This document shows, piece after piece, positions 25,141-39,609 of a stretch of 64,000 nucleotides of DNA. Below the pieces are notes generated by a model. It saw nothing but the letters and a program-made list of their open reading frames with translations, did no database searches and was not told the origin of the DNA. The first letter of the stretch is position 1, and every line of letters begins with the position of its first letter. Source of the DNA: Callorhinchus milii (lineage: Eukaryota). The stretch spans positions 114,082,001 through 114,146,000 of the forward strand of contig NW_024704742.1 in NCBI RefSeq assembly GCF_018977255.1, read 5' to 3'. The position numbers and the translations under genes are program-made.

Positions 25141-26899
25141 CCAATCCTGATCAATGACAGACTGGATAGGGTTCTGCTTAGCATTGCGAGCATGAAGATA
25201 TATGACAAACTGTGTCAAGGATGAAAAGAAGATCGCTTTACTTTTGTGTCAAAATGTTTCGATCGCAGAACAAGGGCTTTGAAATAAACAGTAAAACATA
25301 ATACACCAATTACTGTATGAGGAAAGCTCTGCATTACAGTTTAAGAAAGGCCTGGCCCATTTTCTCATCCAGAATCCTGAAGAGTTTGTTTAATTCACAC
25401 ATCTGTTGCACTGTGAACATGGAGATAAACCTGGCTGTCTACCAGCTTACGTGTTGCCAAAACTAGCAGATGGTGAGATATAGCTGAACGATCCACCTCT
25501 CCGACTGTGACACTATTGGAGCCCCTCCACCCCCCCCCCCCCCCCCCCATCACATACACACACACACAGACGCACACACTTACTCCCCACAAAGTTTAAA
25601 TACAGAATCTTAGGAGAAACTATTTAGGTAAAATCTCACTGGAACCCATCTTTGGGGGGTCTGCCTAACTTTCAGTATTCATTAGGATTACGAGAAGAAA
25701 GTTTCTCTCAGTGTTCTGTCTAACAAACCCCTTAATAATAATGATCACTCACTTCATGGCTATTGGCGGAAAATTGCTGTGTGCAACTTAGCTGCTGTGT
25801 TTGCCTGCAAGGTACAGTCAGTAAACTTCCCAGTAAATCATGTGAAGCACTGTCAGACATCTTCCCGATAAGAAAGGCATTATACCAAATGCAAGGATTA
25901 TTTTTATTAAAATGTCTGTTGACTGGTGACACTCTGATCCAGAAAGAGGAAGTGTTCCCATTTGCGTGACTTGAAATAACACAAATTAGACCCTATTGGC
26001 ATTGCCATTCAAATCAAAACCCTGTTCTGCATATAGAGAAAGCACTGGTGTTGAGACGTGGATACGTGTACTCACACGAGCATTTAATATCCAAGTAACA
26101 GATATATTGGTTGTGTGCCTCTCACAAATAAACCCCATCTGATCCAGGTGGTTCAGTTTAGTTATCAAATAAATATGGAACATTGCCAACGTTTTGCTAA
26201 CAATTTGGAGTCATAATTCTCAGGCAGACTAGTATAATGAGAAGAGTTCTGGCACAAAACTGAGGTCACATTATCGCAATAAAATGCATAACATTCAGAA
26301 AAACAGAGGCCTATTCTGAGACAAATGCCATGCAGAATTCTCACAGGAAACTCTCGCCACCTGGGATGTTATCTGTTTGTATTGAAGGAAGCCTGAAGGA
26401 TCTCCTACAACTGGATGGGGAAATCCAAGCTGCTCTCATCCTTCTCATCCTAACTTAAGAAGGGACAGCTGCTCTATGTAACTGTGAATTAATTCTGAAG
26501 ACACATAGGTATTAAACTTTGACATCCCTCGCAATTTAACCAAGCTGAAACTTGGCTAGTTTTACAAAATGAAAGCTAACCAGAGCTGAACATGAAAGCA
26601 CACGGGTCCCCAGGGCATCGACCTCACAAACAAACCCACCTTATAATGGGGCACCTTAAAACATAAATACTGCATAGTCCGCTTTTAGCTTTCTGTAGAT
26701 ATCTGCATCCCTTGCTATCTTTCATGAATATCAAGTCGTACTTGAATCCTTTTGGTTCTTTATATAATACAATTTACATTCATATAAGTGTAGCGCCTTT
26801 CATATCGGAGGGTCATCTCAAACCGCTTGACAATGCTTTTCTCCATATAATTAATAGACACTATGTGCCTAGAATCATTTCTCCAGTTGGACTCTTTTC

Positions 26900-27200
26900 C
26901 CCCACAACAACAACAAAAACACGGGGATGGATGGTAAGCACTGTTGAAGAGGAAGGTCTTTAGTCATGATCTAAAAGAGGAGAAGAAAATGGTAAGGTGG
27001 AGGGATTGAGGGAGAGAGTTCCAAACCTTCGGGATGTAGTGGCTGAAAGCGCCACCGTCGATGGTGAAGCAGAGTAGACCAGAGACAAGCAGGAGGCCAC
27101 AGCCAGCCAAGTGGAGGCAGTGGGTTGTGGAGTGGGGAGAAAGGAGGTCAGAAAGGTAGGGAGATGCCAAAGCGTGAAGTGATTTGTAGACAAAACAAAA
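26900..27200 (-). mobile_element. Old L2 3' fragment
   Basis: ORF 26964..27254 contains YKSLHALASPYLSDLL and GGAFSHYIPKVWNSLP. Confidence 0.75.
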
Positions 27201-30076
27201 ACAGTTGCTAAATGTACCATTCCACCCATGACCTATAAGACTTTTACTTATCATTTACAGTGCCTTACTGCTGACAGAAGATGGCAATGAATCAAAACTT
27301 TTGTAAACTATTTAATTTGAACACTGTTAAGAATGCACACACTCACTTATTGCTAATCTGCAAATTTTCAGTTTACCGAGAATCAAATTAGAGGAGCTTT
27401 TCGGGTGCTATTATTTTTCAACATCTGGTACAAATATCACACAGTTTCCAAAGGCTGCACAGCAGTAACATTATTTCAAGCATGAACCTGGTCAAATAAT
27501 AGGTCTTTCAAATATCCTGGGAGAAAACAATTGGACCCATGTGGGTTCAGGACCACCTGCACACAATGGAGCCTTGAAACATAAGGAACATTTACACTCC
27601 ATGATCACACAGGTGGCCTGCATGCAAGTAACCAATTATTATTTTTTGTTTGCTAACTTCCCAAATCTTCCCATGACTCATATATTCCAGGCAACTCTGC
27701 ATTGGTCATGAATATGTACTATGTGCAGTCAAAGAGAAAGGGTGAGTCTAGAGTAAGTTTCACCCTGGGTAATTTTTTTGTGTAGTACAATTGGGTGTAA
27801 AATTTAGCATTCAATTAAACTTGGGCATACAATTTCCTCTTTTTTCAAAGGAATATTGCATGTGCCTTCAAGACAACACTGAATCATCTTGTGCACTGGT
27901 CAATCTCCCCCATTTCAACAACTTGAATTTAAATAGCATTTTTCATGCAGTTAATCATCTCAAAGCCCTTCTCACAGATGGGGATTGGAGATTTGGGGGA
28001 TTGGGGGGGGGGAGGTTATGAGGGGAATGAGGGAGATGACCAAGGAGAGGTTTGAAAGTGGAGAGGGGGATTTCAAGGTGGAGGAATTCAGGGAGAGTCA
28101 TTCCGCACACTCAGTTCTGATAGACATACTTTCTAGATCTGTACCAGTTCACGTAGATGTGCCTACATCTCCTCTCCTTTCACTTGCTACCTTTTGTTTA
28201 TACTCTTCTAAATTGAGGTATACATGGATTATCAGTCATAACACCAAGTTCACTACTATTGCCTCTCCTCCGTTGTGTGTCCAACAGATGATAGGCAAGA
28301 CATCTGTTATTTATCTGCCTGTCCGCTGAGACAATCCACCACCATTACAGCAGCTTCAAATCCCCTTATTATATATGGCCAGTGAAGAATGATAAGCATG
28401 ATTTGCTTTGCGGTTATCATTTTTTCTGTGCGAAAGCCTGCAATATATACAACACTTAATTCCTTGCAGTTTAGTATTATGAATGTTTTTCTTATGTTAG
28501 TCCAACAAATGTATGTAAAGCAATCAATGCACCCTATCACATTGTCAAAAAATCGAGAGTATATTATCCTTCCTTCGTTTTGGATCCCTGCCCTAATTGA
28601 GCCATTCAGCCTTATCATTGAGAAAATAAAAATTGTGCAACATTCAGAAAATGTTTCCGGCCCACAACAACAGCAAGTAAAAGGCAGGACAGAGCCCAAA
28701 CAACGTCAAACCCAAAGAAATTAAGCCACCCATGCAAAATGGTTTCCTACATAAGCAGAAAGGGAAGAATTCATCAGTCATGGCCATTTACCAGTTCATA
28801 ACAAGCACAATTTCCTGCTTTGAATACATTTGTTAACCTCTTTTACTCCTGTTTTCAAAGGTTTGCATAGCAAGTCGCTCCCATGATGAATTTGTTTCAG
28901 AAAACAATTTGTTCTTTGGTTCACGACCACTTCACTCAGATGTAATAGTTTGCTAACAGAGCACAATAGTCCCAATTCTGTTTCATAACAACATCTCAAC
29001 ACTGGCAGACTTCAAGTAAGATTATAATTCCTAACAATGATAGACAAAGGGGACATGGTAGAGTTTGGGGTTGGGAAGAAGGGATTGTTGTGATTATAGA
29101 GGCCAGGCTATGAATACAGATTCAACTAGTTTTAAGAAAATGAATTCACCTTCCTTTCCCCTCTGTATGTTGAAACATGATGACACTTAGAAAAACTTTC
29201 TGCCAGCAGAGTAATTGATCTCTGGTAAGGAAATAAGACATCCAATCAGATGGAAGGCACAATTAGCCATTGTTAACAAGCAGGAAATGACCCGCTCGAC
29301 CCCTGTAAATTAAAATCCCAAATCCATAAGGGATAAATGGCAGGTTATGGCTTACAAATTAGAAGCACTATGGACAATTAAGCAAACATGGCAAGTTGTA
29401 TTTTAAAGGCGTAAAGGGTTGTAATGGAAAAATAAAGCTTTTAATAAAGCAGTATCCAAAAGAACAGAATTGGAAACAGAAATCTCGACAATTCTTCCCA
29501 TTGGGAATATATGGTATGGAGGACATGGAGATGGGAAATATTTATCTAGTTTTGGGAATATATGTTTTCTTTAGTAATCTCAACTACTGAGATTGTGCCA
29601 TAACATTGTTTATTCAATTAGATACCGTAATAACAATCCTTGCCTTTTACATCAGTGGACATCACAAAGCATTTCACAGGATTATACAATAATAATCCCT
29701 GAATTCGATACAGCATGTTATCATACCATCGAGACATCACATAGCACTTGACATGTATAATGCAAAGCAACAGTGGCATACTTTATGCATTAATCAAGAA
29801 AAAACGGAATAAACACAATAACGATGGAACACAGATTTACCTCAACTCATGCAAATTTTTTGGAGGGGCCACTTCTTGATGGCCACTTCCAGCCCTTGCG
29901 CCACAGGTTGGCCACCACTGCTGTAAAGTGTAGTGATTGTATTGTGAAGGCGAACAAAATGACGAAATGTTTGAAAATATTACTTATTGCAAACATTACT
30001 TTTGTATGTATGAAGGCATAAGACAGTGAAGGTACAGTAATCTCTCTTTCCTTTCATTGCTTTCTTCTCCAAATGT

Positions 30077-30465
30077 AATAATAATCCTTGAATTTGATAC
30101 AGCACCTTATCAAGTCTTCGAGATATCTCAAAGCGCTTCACAGAATATACTGTAAAGGGAATTGATTGTATATTTTGTAGGTAAAACGCAGCAGCCAATT
30201 GCACACAGCAGTGTCTCACTGTGTATTGAAGTGACCAATTTATTAATACCATATTTATTATTATAATAATTTATTATTTGTTTTTTTTGAAGGAATTATT
30301 GCCCCTGGAAATGCGATCCACCAAATGACTAACAAATAGGTTACTGCTAGATAAACAGAGGCATATGGAGTAAGGAAACTTGCCCAACATTTTGCCCTGC
30401 CGGGAATCGAACCTAGGTCTTTCGCTTGCGAGGTGAGTTCTCTAACCACTGAGCTGCAGGACTCC
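30077..30465 (-). mobile_element. tRNA-Ala-derived SINE, long subfamily
   Basis: Full head with B box GGTTCGATTCC, CGC anticodon, internal segment and TCGAA-loop hairpin. Confidence 0.9.
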
Positions 30466-31759
30466 ACTCATATACAATGTACAACGTATAAACCTAGAAT
30501 TCGAGCTTAAGCCTTGGACAAAAGCTACCTACATCTCTGATAACCCCAACAACATCAGGGTCTTCTCCATTCTCCACACCACTGAACAATGTAGTACAAA
30601 CACATCACATTGTAATCTACCAGCACATCAATAAGTGTACCATCATCACCAACCAGTCTGCACATGAATACCAAAGTAGCATTGAGGAATTTGAACAAGT
30701 ATTGGTTCAGAAACATATATCAGACACATGGCAAGTCGCAAACAATGCAAACACCTGGAGAGAGGTATGTGGCTATAGATAATTTAGGAGACTTCAAGGA
30801 AGATGCTGACTTAAGGAATGATCACTATAGGGTTTGTTCTGAAGTAAGAGCTTGATACAATTGCAGTCATCATCAAAGAAGGTTATCAAAAGGTATCACC
30901 TATATTGAAGTATTTCTATCTATGTTTCAGCTTTCTAAATTTGAGTTCCACTGCAGACTGGTATTACAATAATAAAATAATAATAATACTTATCTGATAT
31001 AGCACCTTTCACATCTCAAAATGCTTCACTGGATTTATTATAAAGCGCAGTGACTGCATTTTGTGGATAAACATGGAAGCCAGTTTGCACACAACATCTT
31101 ACAAACAGTCATGAAATGAATTATCAATTGTATCTGTGGAATTGTTAGCCAGTCCAATATACGATAATGTGGATTATAACATTATGCAGGGTGCTTCAAG
31201 CAATATGTATGTTTTACAGGACACCCTGCATCTGAGAAAATTCTCATTGAAGTGAACCAAGTGTGAATAATGCTCTATTAGTGCTTTAATCACCTCCTGG
31301 ATACATTGTTATGTGCAGTGCTAGTATAATCGCTTCCAGAAGTCTGGAAGGAACCTCCAGTGAAGGAATTCGAAGCAGCTACAACCGAAACTGCAAGTAG
31401 AGGTGTTAGGATGATGGAAATTGAATAGAAATCTACAGCAAACAAGTAACAGATCTCCATGATGACCTTCTGTGAAGTCTCAATCTCTTCATTCATATAA
31501 TTCATTCTTGATTTAAGCACCCCTCGAACCATAAATATATCTCTCCTCAGTCTTCATCGCTTTCTATCTCACCCCTTGCTCAGTTGACTACAACTCTCTT
31601 CCTCAACAAGATGGATCAGAGAAGCCAGCATTTCCTTCCACAATGAGAATAAATTAATTTATTTCAGGCTTACTTAGGCCACACTGGACACATTGAAAGC
31701 ATAGTTGATGATCAGTGCAGGCTGAGATGGGTTGAGCCATTATATTTGTCAGATTTTCC

Positions 31760-32045
31760 CCCCCTTTGTGTCCCCCACCCTTTCTGCCTCGCCATCGGCA
31801 GGTGAGCTTTCAGCTATTCTGCTCTGCTCTTTGGAACTCCATCCTCAAGTCCCTCTGATTTGAATTTTCCCTCACCACTTTCAAATGCCGCCTCAAGACT
31901 TATCTCTTTGACCGCACTTTCGATCAACTTTCCATTCCCCACCTTTTCAGTTCCCACCCCCACCCCCCCGGCGTGGTGACTAGCCAGCAGTGTAAAATGC
32001 TTTGAGACATCCTCCCAACTTGAAAGGTTTTATATAAATGTAAAT
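31760..32045 (+). mobile_element. Old L2 3' fragment
   Basis: TGGAACTCC, CTCTTTGACC and the terminal GAGACATCCTCCCAACTTGAAAGG motif. Confidence 0.7.
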
Positions 32046-33234
32046 TATAATTCATAATTGTGCAGAAAACAAAATTCTGTCTAGTTCAATGTGACATTTG
32101 ACAATTCAAAAAAATGGCCTGTTCCCAAGACCACGGAATTCCTTGGAGTTCCTGCCAAAGTATTAGCAATTTTCACTGAGAATGTATTTACAAGTATGTA
32201 ATCACAAATTACATTAGATTACTATACATGTGTTTAGCATCCCTTACCTATTTTCAATGCAGAGGACCAACACCTTACATGATTTCAAAAGTCTAACAGT
32301 TAATTAATTGTTTCCGAACTACAATATCACCTATTTCAAATCTAAAAATTATGTTTTACTTTTTATTTTCCTGACTGCGTTTTACAAAAAGGACTAAACC
32401 AAAGTAAAACCAAAGCCATAGCAGCAATAACAACCCCAAATTTCATTTATATAGTGCCTTGCACGTCGGGAGGAATCTAGGACACTACACCACAATTTAA
32501 TGTGTACAGTTTACCATATCCTCCCCGTGAAACTCCCTTGAGATGAATTTAACCAACAAAAGAACCACACTTTATTTCAATGAATACATGTGGGTCACAA
32601 ATCTGGCTAGTATCATAAATTGATTCTGCTTAAATGCATTGATATGTTTTTTATTAAACAGTTAACAAAATGTGTCAGAAATAAAGGCACCTTTTGGGAT
32701 AAGAAGTTTAAATGAGTTCTCAGCTGCCTGCTGCCTACTTGGGTAGACCTTAAAGATCCCATGACACAATTTGAAAAGAGATCCCCCAGATAAAATTAAT
32801 CATTCATTTCGTGACTGTCTGTGGGACATTGCTGTGTGCAAATTAGCTGCCACATTTGCTTACAAAATGCGCCATCACTACACTTCATAATAAATCCTGC
32901 GAAGCAGGTGGAGATGACTCCCAACATGAAACCTACCTTACCAAATGCAAGGATTTTTAAATTTCATTTCCAGCAATCACCTACTCTGATAACCCTGCAT
33001 TAAACAAAATACAGTCAGAGTACAATAAAGTTATCTGGGATTTTCTGGTTTACTTTCAGAGGTTAGCAGGGTGAAAAAGTGTTATTTATCAGCAAAAAGA
33101 CAGAAAAGTTCCAAATATAACCTAGTCATCTATATTTTGTTTGGATTAAGCATACTTACCCACTTTAGTGAATAAGTACAATTAAATATTGTCTGACCAA
33201 TGCATAGTCGATTTAAACTATCAGTCATCTAGAC

Positions 33235-33460
33235 TTTACATACTTGACTCAGAAGGTACAAGCTCCCTATGGAGATGGTGGAAGCAGAAAGTGTTATTTG
33301 TTTTAAGAACAAATTAGATAGATTTCTGTTAGAAAATAATATCTTGAGATACAATATATAGTTTGGGACATGACATGTAATGCGACTGCCAGGATGGTAG
33401 AAGGCGAACTGAATGGATCTTGGTCTTCTTTCGCCTAACAAATGTTACGTTCTTATGTAC
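33235..33460 (+). mobile_element. CR1 3' UTR fragment
   Basis: Similar to the reverse complement of 4181-4390. Ends in TTCTTATG. Confidence 0.65.
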
Positions 33461-35982
33461 AACAAAGGTACAAGAAAAAATGGGCTCAATTCCCATGAGA
33501 ATATAAAAAGCAATGTTTAATTATTACAAGCTACCTACTATTATACCCATGCTGCTAGTCTTTTGTGCTCTATGTCCACTCTGAAGAAATATTTTTGCCT
33601 ATCAATCTTTATCAATCTGCAAATATAATACACGCATGTCCTGAAATACAATAAAAAATGCATAAAAACTAAAAGAGAAGGAAATCAATTATACTGTCAA
33701 AACAATTCTTTGAGGAATTCAGAAATATACATTTTGATAATGCATGAAGCTCACATTAACTTATTAGACAAGCTTCTAGCAGGGAATGAATTGGTGCTCT
33801 CATAAGTGTCTTCAATCCGAGACAGTGACATGTTTTCAAGATTCATGCCATTTGAGTGTATTGGTAGACAGAAGGTTGCTGAATACATCCAACAAAAGGA
33901 TTAAAGTTTGAGGTTATTGTTTGCTTACAACTATAGGTAAGTCTACCAACTGAAAAGCCTGTCATCAATTTGCCATGATAGTAAATATTGGTCGTGCAAC
34001 CAAATAAATGGTTTGTGCAGTACAATCTACATAGAAAAATGTTAAAAGCCTGTACTTTAACCTTCCTTTTACATGAGTTCTTCCTCTGTTAGGTATTGAT
34101 TTGGCTCAGTGCCACTCATCAGAGCATATGTGTGTGTGTTAGGAGGAGGATGGGGAATGAGTTTCACCACAGGATTTGCATTTATAATCTATGGCATTCG
34201 CACGTGGAGTGGAACAGAAGGAACAAAGGAAAATAAACGCCACCCTTGAGACAAGATGTTAAAATTGGTTCCTCTGGTGATTTTGGATGGATGATAATTA
34301 TCCTATGATTCAAAGTAGTGCAGGGAGTTTTCCTGGTGTCCTGACTGCCCATTCAGGTATCATAAAAAGATCAGATTCAATGGTCATTCTTTTGTGGGAT
34401 GTTTTGGGCACAGAGTCCTTCAAATGAAATCCCATTGGAATTCTCGCGGATCTGTGGGAAATCCAGTCCAGAAGTAGATTGTATCTGAACACACTCTCAG
34501 ACTGCCGTGACCAATTTCTGGTTACTGAAAATACAGTGCCCTTTTGTATGAGTCAGATTCCGTATTAAAGAATCCCCTTAAGAAATACCGCAAATTACAT
34601 CCCATTAAGATGCTGTATCAATTGTTTGCATTTTTTTGGATATTATATTAATTTTACCTTTGCTCAGCCTTTTTTCAAACCATTCGTTCTTAATGCAAAA
34701 AGGATTTGAAATGTTAAAAATTGAGCCATGAGTAGATCTCATATATTTTTTCCGCTCCACTTACTTATGTCATTATCGCTGCTGTTTCAGATTTATTCAG
34801 GGGCTCAGAGGAAAACATTTCCCTTCACTTCTTGAAATATCAGAAGCTGGGCAGCTGACTGTTAAAACTATAAGTGAAATTAAAGGTGTGGCAGAATTTT
34901 TAAATTGGATTGAAACTGAAATAAATAAATACATTAATTTCATTCTTCCCTTATGGATTGGGTGTTGGTAAGTATGAGAAGCTCGGAGTGAGGTTCAGTC
35001 TGCATATGTCAAATATAGTTCAAAACAGCAAAAAAAACTGGAAAAATAACCTTCAGCATTTCCTGTTAAATCAAAGATGTTCATTTAAAAAACAAAGCAG
35101 CGGAAGATATATGAAAGGAGGTTCTGTTAATTTGCTTTATAACCATCTCCTTCCCTATGGAAATCTACTTTGACCCCACTCTATGCATTTTCCTCATAGC
35201 ATGACCACTTATGTGAGGAAATCACATACATCTTAAAATATCATGCAGAGAGCCGTTGATTTCTCATTTCAACTCCCAATTTGATCTTAATTTATCTAAT
35301 TTATCTAATAACAATCAAATTGACATTGCCATTCGGAACTTCAAATGACCTCATTTTATTTTCATTTTGGTGATTGAAATGACACAAAATATTGAACCCA
35401 GTTTAATTTGTTGGACCTTGCTTTTGTCATTTAGCAAGTCAGATCACCTTGTCAGTTTAGTTGGAAGTTTTGGATCTTATCCTTCACCCCTGATTATTTA
35501 ATAAGCAGTATCCTTTGTTTCAGAAAATGAGACCCAATTGTAATCAGTGTGCATTGATACATTCAGCTGAACATATTAGAATAATCATATTTTACATGGA
35601 TTGTGTGCACTTACTTTAAACTTTGTGCCACTGAAGTGTATCGGCACAAATTAAGCAGTAACACTGTGCAGCTGGGTCCTTATTAAAATCAGGCCCTCGG
35701 GCCCGTCACTCAAACCGTTCAACTCCATTGAGTGAATTTCATCAATTCTCAGCTGGGGTGCAGTATGAAATGTGACATGGGCATCAGAAATTCCTTATTA
35801 TTTGGTGGTACGGGGGTGGGGAGGGGGAGGGGGAGGGATGGTCACAACACAACTTCGCTTTTCTCGAACAATGTTATCGCTATTGTTTGTTTTCTAAGAG
35901 CCGAGAATGGAAAATCCCCTTCAGAAGAAGAGGGCAGAATGGTATACCAACGGATGGATTAAAGTCTTGAATGATGGTTACG

Positions 35983-35983
<1 letters not shown>

Positions 35984-36072
<89 letters not shown>

Positions 36073-36176
36073 CCATCCATCCATCCATCCATACATACAT
36101 ACATACATACATACATACATACATACATACATACATACATACATACATACATACATACATACATACATACATACAT
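35984..36176. repeat. Compound microsatellite (AAT)~29 (CCAT)5 (ACAT)21
   Basis: Directly visible. Occupies the tail of the adjacent SINE. Confidence 0.97.
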
Positions 36177-36555
36177 CTGATATAACACCTTTCATGTTGG
36201 GAGGATGCCTCAAAGGATTTCACAGGAAATATTGTGTCGTGACTTTGTTTTTAAGCAAAGACGGCAGTCAATTTGCAAATAGCAACATCCTACAAACACC
36301 ACAATGTAAATGATTGATCTTATAGGGGGAATGGTTAGCCTGGACACCAGGATAAACTCCATGAATCTTTAACATCCAGAACAGCCAGACAGACCTTAGC
36401 TTAATATTTTATCTGAAGGATGCCACCTCCATCAATGCAGCATACTCCTGGCACTGCATTGGAATGTCAGCCTAGACTAAATGTGTTCAAAGTCTCAATG
36501 TGGGGCTTGAACCCACAATCTTCAAAGGTGCTACCAAATGAGGCAGGCTGACACA
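36177..36555 (-). mobile_element. Old Deu-domain SINE
   Basis: Collinear with 59087-59502 through to the tRNA-like head. Confidence 0.75.
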
Positions 36556-38484
36556 CAAATAGGCAGATTAGGGGTTTTGAAACAGTGCCAAAGAATAAGG
36601 CATCATATAGAAGAATAGCCTTATAGTTTGCAACAATACCTATTTAAAATGTTTTTTTCTGCTTCTCAGTATGTTTCTAATAAAATGCTTGAGTATCTCT
36701 TTCATTTGTATATACGTCTTTAATTGGAGTTTACATGAGGTTGCCTTTTTCTCTCTCACGTGTGCTATGGTGTTACCTTTAAATGGAAAAGGAAGTGTGA
36801 AATCTCAATTTAATAGCAATGGTTATATATTATGGGCAGAACAGAATTCCAACTGTGAGAGAGAACATCTAACAAAGAAACAATGAGGGGAGGAGGGAAA
36901 TTACACAGAATTTACACTAAATTGCAGTGACGACATTTTGTACGGCAGTCAATTATGTCTGGAGATACCATGAGAAACTCTATTCTACTATACATTGTTA
37001 CATGAATCTATATTTATAACTATTAAGTATATATTTATATCTCTCCACTTGTGACCAAGGTTTTCGTCATTCTGGACCCTTAATTATATAATTAGCCACC
37101 AATTAAAACATGATTAGCCCATGGGCTGTTAGCCCAACCTATGACATAGACTTCAGTATATCTATGTCTTATGTTGGCACTGAGGATGTTCTTTGAAGGA
37201 ATGCAAATTTGTATCCTTTGAAAGAAAGCAACAACAACTTTATAGCATCTCGGAGCGAGGTCGAAAACAAGATTGATGCGCTCGCCTATGATAGGGTTGT
37301 GGATGGTGAGTCAGTTGGATGAGTCATGAATTTATCTGGATGGAATAAGCTATGGCTTTTATTGCATTTAGGCTCCTCTTCTTCAATATTGGACCTTGGG
37401 AATAACATTAAAGGGATGAGCTACAGATGCTCTTGAAAATGCACCTCTCTAATCATAACACGTAGCTTGTTAAGTTTGATGGATAGACACTATTCTTGTT
37501 TCTCCTTCCATAAACGTTACACTGGGATTCTTTTCCTGGAGGAACTGAAACTGCAAGGTTTTGAGACATGGTATGTCAAGCGTTTGCATTAATTGTGTTT
37601 GTAATCAGCTTTTTTTTCAAGCAGCTTGTTTTAAATTTCATTTGCTTTCTTTGTCGATTGCTCAGCAAAATCCAAAGTAATACATGTTTAAATTTATCTT
37701 GAATATTGCTTACCAGGACTTTCATTCAACACTGGAGGGTAGCCATCTAAAAAATGTCCAAAACATTAAACTGTACCTTCCTGTCAGTTTGTATTATGGT
37801 CAAGGGAAAACGCATGTAATATGGAAACATTTACAAGTCCATTGTTTCTACTGGCAATGGTTGTGGGGAAGAGTGGAAGTAAGCGGAATGATCGTGGGGG
37901 GAAGGTTGATGAGGAGAGCAATTGTAGGCAGTGGAAGAGGGACAATAGTTGGGGAAGAGGGAATGATATGGTAGAGGGGGGAGAGGAGTGGTAGAGAGAG
38001 AGGGGGAAGGATACTGAGGAGGAAGGAATGAGAGAGAGGGAATAATAGTGGAAGGAAGTGATATTGGGGAGCTGGATGGTGAGGGTTATCATAGTGGGTT
38101 GGTATATTTCCTCAAACAGTCCACACACACTGTAGTCTACCTGTGTCTTTGGATTCTTGCCATGACAAATAACTGTTATTTTACAATGATATTCAGGCTC
38201 CCAAACTGAACTGACTTCAACCTCTTGAAAACCAGCTGCTCCAAACTGTGTTGTCAAAAAAAACTTTTAATTATGCTCAGTCACCACAAATTGTCCCTGT
38301 ATGGTTTTACAAGAATGACCTCCAGTGCACTAGACAATAATAATTGCAGTAACCAAGTAGAGCAGCAGGATTGGTGAAAGATTCAACACTTGTAAATTGT
38401 CTGGTTACAAAGCAAATTTCTATTTAAAGCATAAAATGTTAATACACAAGGCTTTAATGGTTGTATGAAATAATGGGCAGAATA

Positions 38485-38984
38485 CTGTAGAAAGCCAGTT
38501 ATCCCACTAAATTGCGATCAGTCCCATTGTGGATAAACAAACAACATGGATAATTGGACATCATGCAAATTACAACTTAGTTATAGCACTAACTAAAACA
38601 ATTACATCAATAGTTATACATTGACTGTAGAACCACACTCTACCAGTTCTGTTCTCTCTCTTTGCCACTCTCTATCACTCTGGCTCTTTCTCTCTCGCTC
38701 TCACTTTCTGACTCTGCCCATCTCCTTCTGAGTCTCCAAATTTCTCTTGTCTGTAGGTCTATCTGTTTCTCTATACTAAAAATAAACAAATATGCTACTG
38801 AATATTAAAACTTAATTTCACACAACACCATGAAATTAATTGTGTGCATGTGTGAAGTTTGAGGCTATGTGAATGCATGCAAAGTTACTATAGACACAAA
38901 TTGTTCCCCTTATAACCTAGCACTCATAAAATGGGAGAGGAATGGGGAGGCATGATTGACATGTAAATAACTGATATTCTACTG
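38485..38984. mobile_element. Tigger/pogo-like MITE
   Basis: TA on both flanks. Imperfect terminal inverted repeats CTGTAGAAAGCCAGTTAT versus CAGTAGAATATCAGTTAT (right end, reverse complement). CT-rich interior. Confidence 0.55.
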
Positions 38985-39379
38985 TATGTTGATTAAGAAT
39001 TAATTATTTCCAATATCAAAAAATCCACTATTTTGAAACTGCTGTTAATTCTAATGTCAAATTTCACTCATCCCCAAGTCTCTTGAGCTATGAAGGTACC
39101 AGTCTATTTTGTTGTCTAACTTTGATCAAAGAACATTGTCTGTTGTAGTTTCTACTTACAAATTTTCACTCAATCTTTGAGAATAGCAATACCCCACCTG
39201 ACTGTGTTGTTTCTTTTCAAATAGCATTAATATGGTAAGGAGGAGACTAGGAACGGGAAGCAATTCAGAGCAAATATATAGCTCATAAAGGTGTGCCAAT
39301 CTCACAATCATAAATTCATATTATCACTCCAGCAGTTAAGGGATTACATTTACGCAGCTGAATTTTTTTTTGCTTTGCA

Positions 39380-39530
39380 AAGGCATTTCAGTTCAGAAAG
39401 AAATATTGTCTGCTTTCTGCTTTTTATAAAACAAGTCAAACAGATTTAATTTCACTTACCAACATATGTTTGACTTGTTTGTATAAAAAGCAGCAAGCAG
39501 CCAGTATTTCTTTCTGAATTGAAATGTCTT
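39380..39530. repeat. Long palindrome with about 63-bp arms and a 24-nt spacer
   Basis: 39380-39442 is the reverse complement of 39467-39530 with 5 substitutions and 1 indel. Confidence 0.9.
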
Positions 39531-39609
39531 GAACAGGTTTTCTAAGAGGATATATTGTAACAGCAAATAAAGACAACCCTGCAGAAAATAGTATTCAATT
39601 TCTGGTCAG

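Noticed and set aside
31290..31532. Minus-strand ORF or exon candidate (VSVVAASNSFTGGSF...)
   Set aside because: No recognisable protein family and no consistent exon chain.
35812..35838. G-quadruplex-forming G-runs (also about 53405-53440)
   Set aside because: Common low-complexity sequence with no positional context suggesting function.
35880..36223. Low-complexity ORFs (poly-I/L/N/Y, CMYV repeats)
   Set aside because: Artefacts of the microsatellite.
37230..37312. Open frame ending at a strong GTGAGT donor
   Set aside because: Its start resembles a decayed L2/SINE tail (CAACAACAACTTTATAGC) and the peptide is unrecognised.
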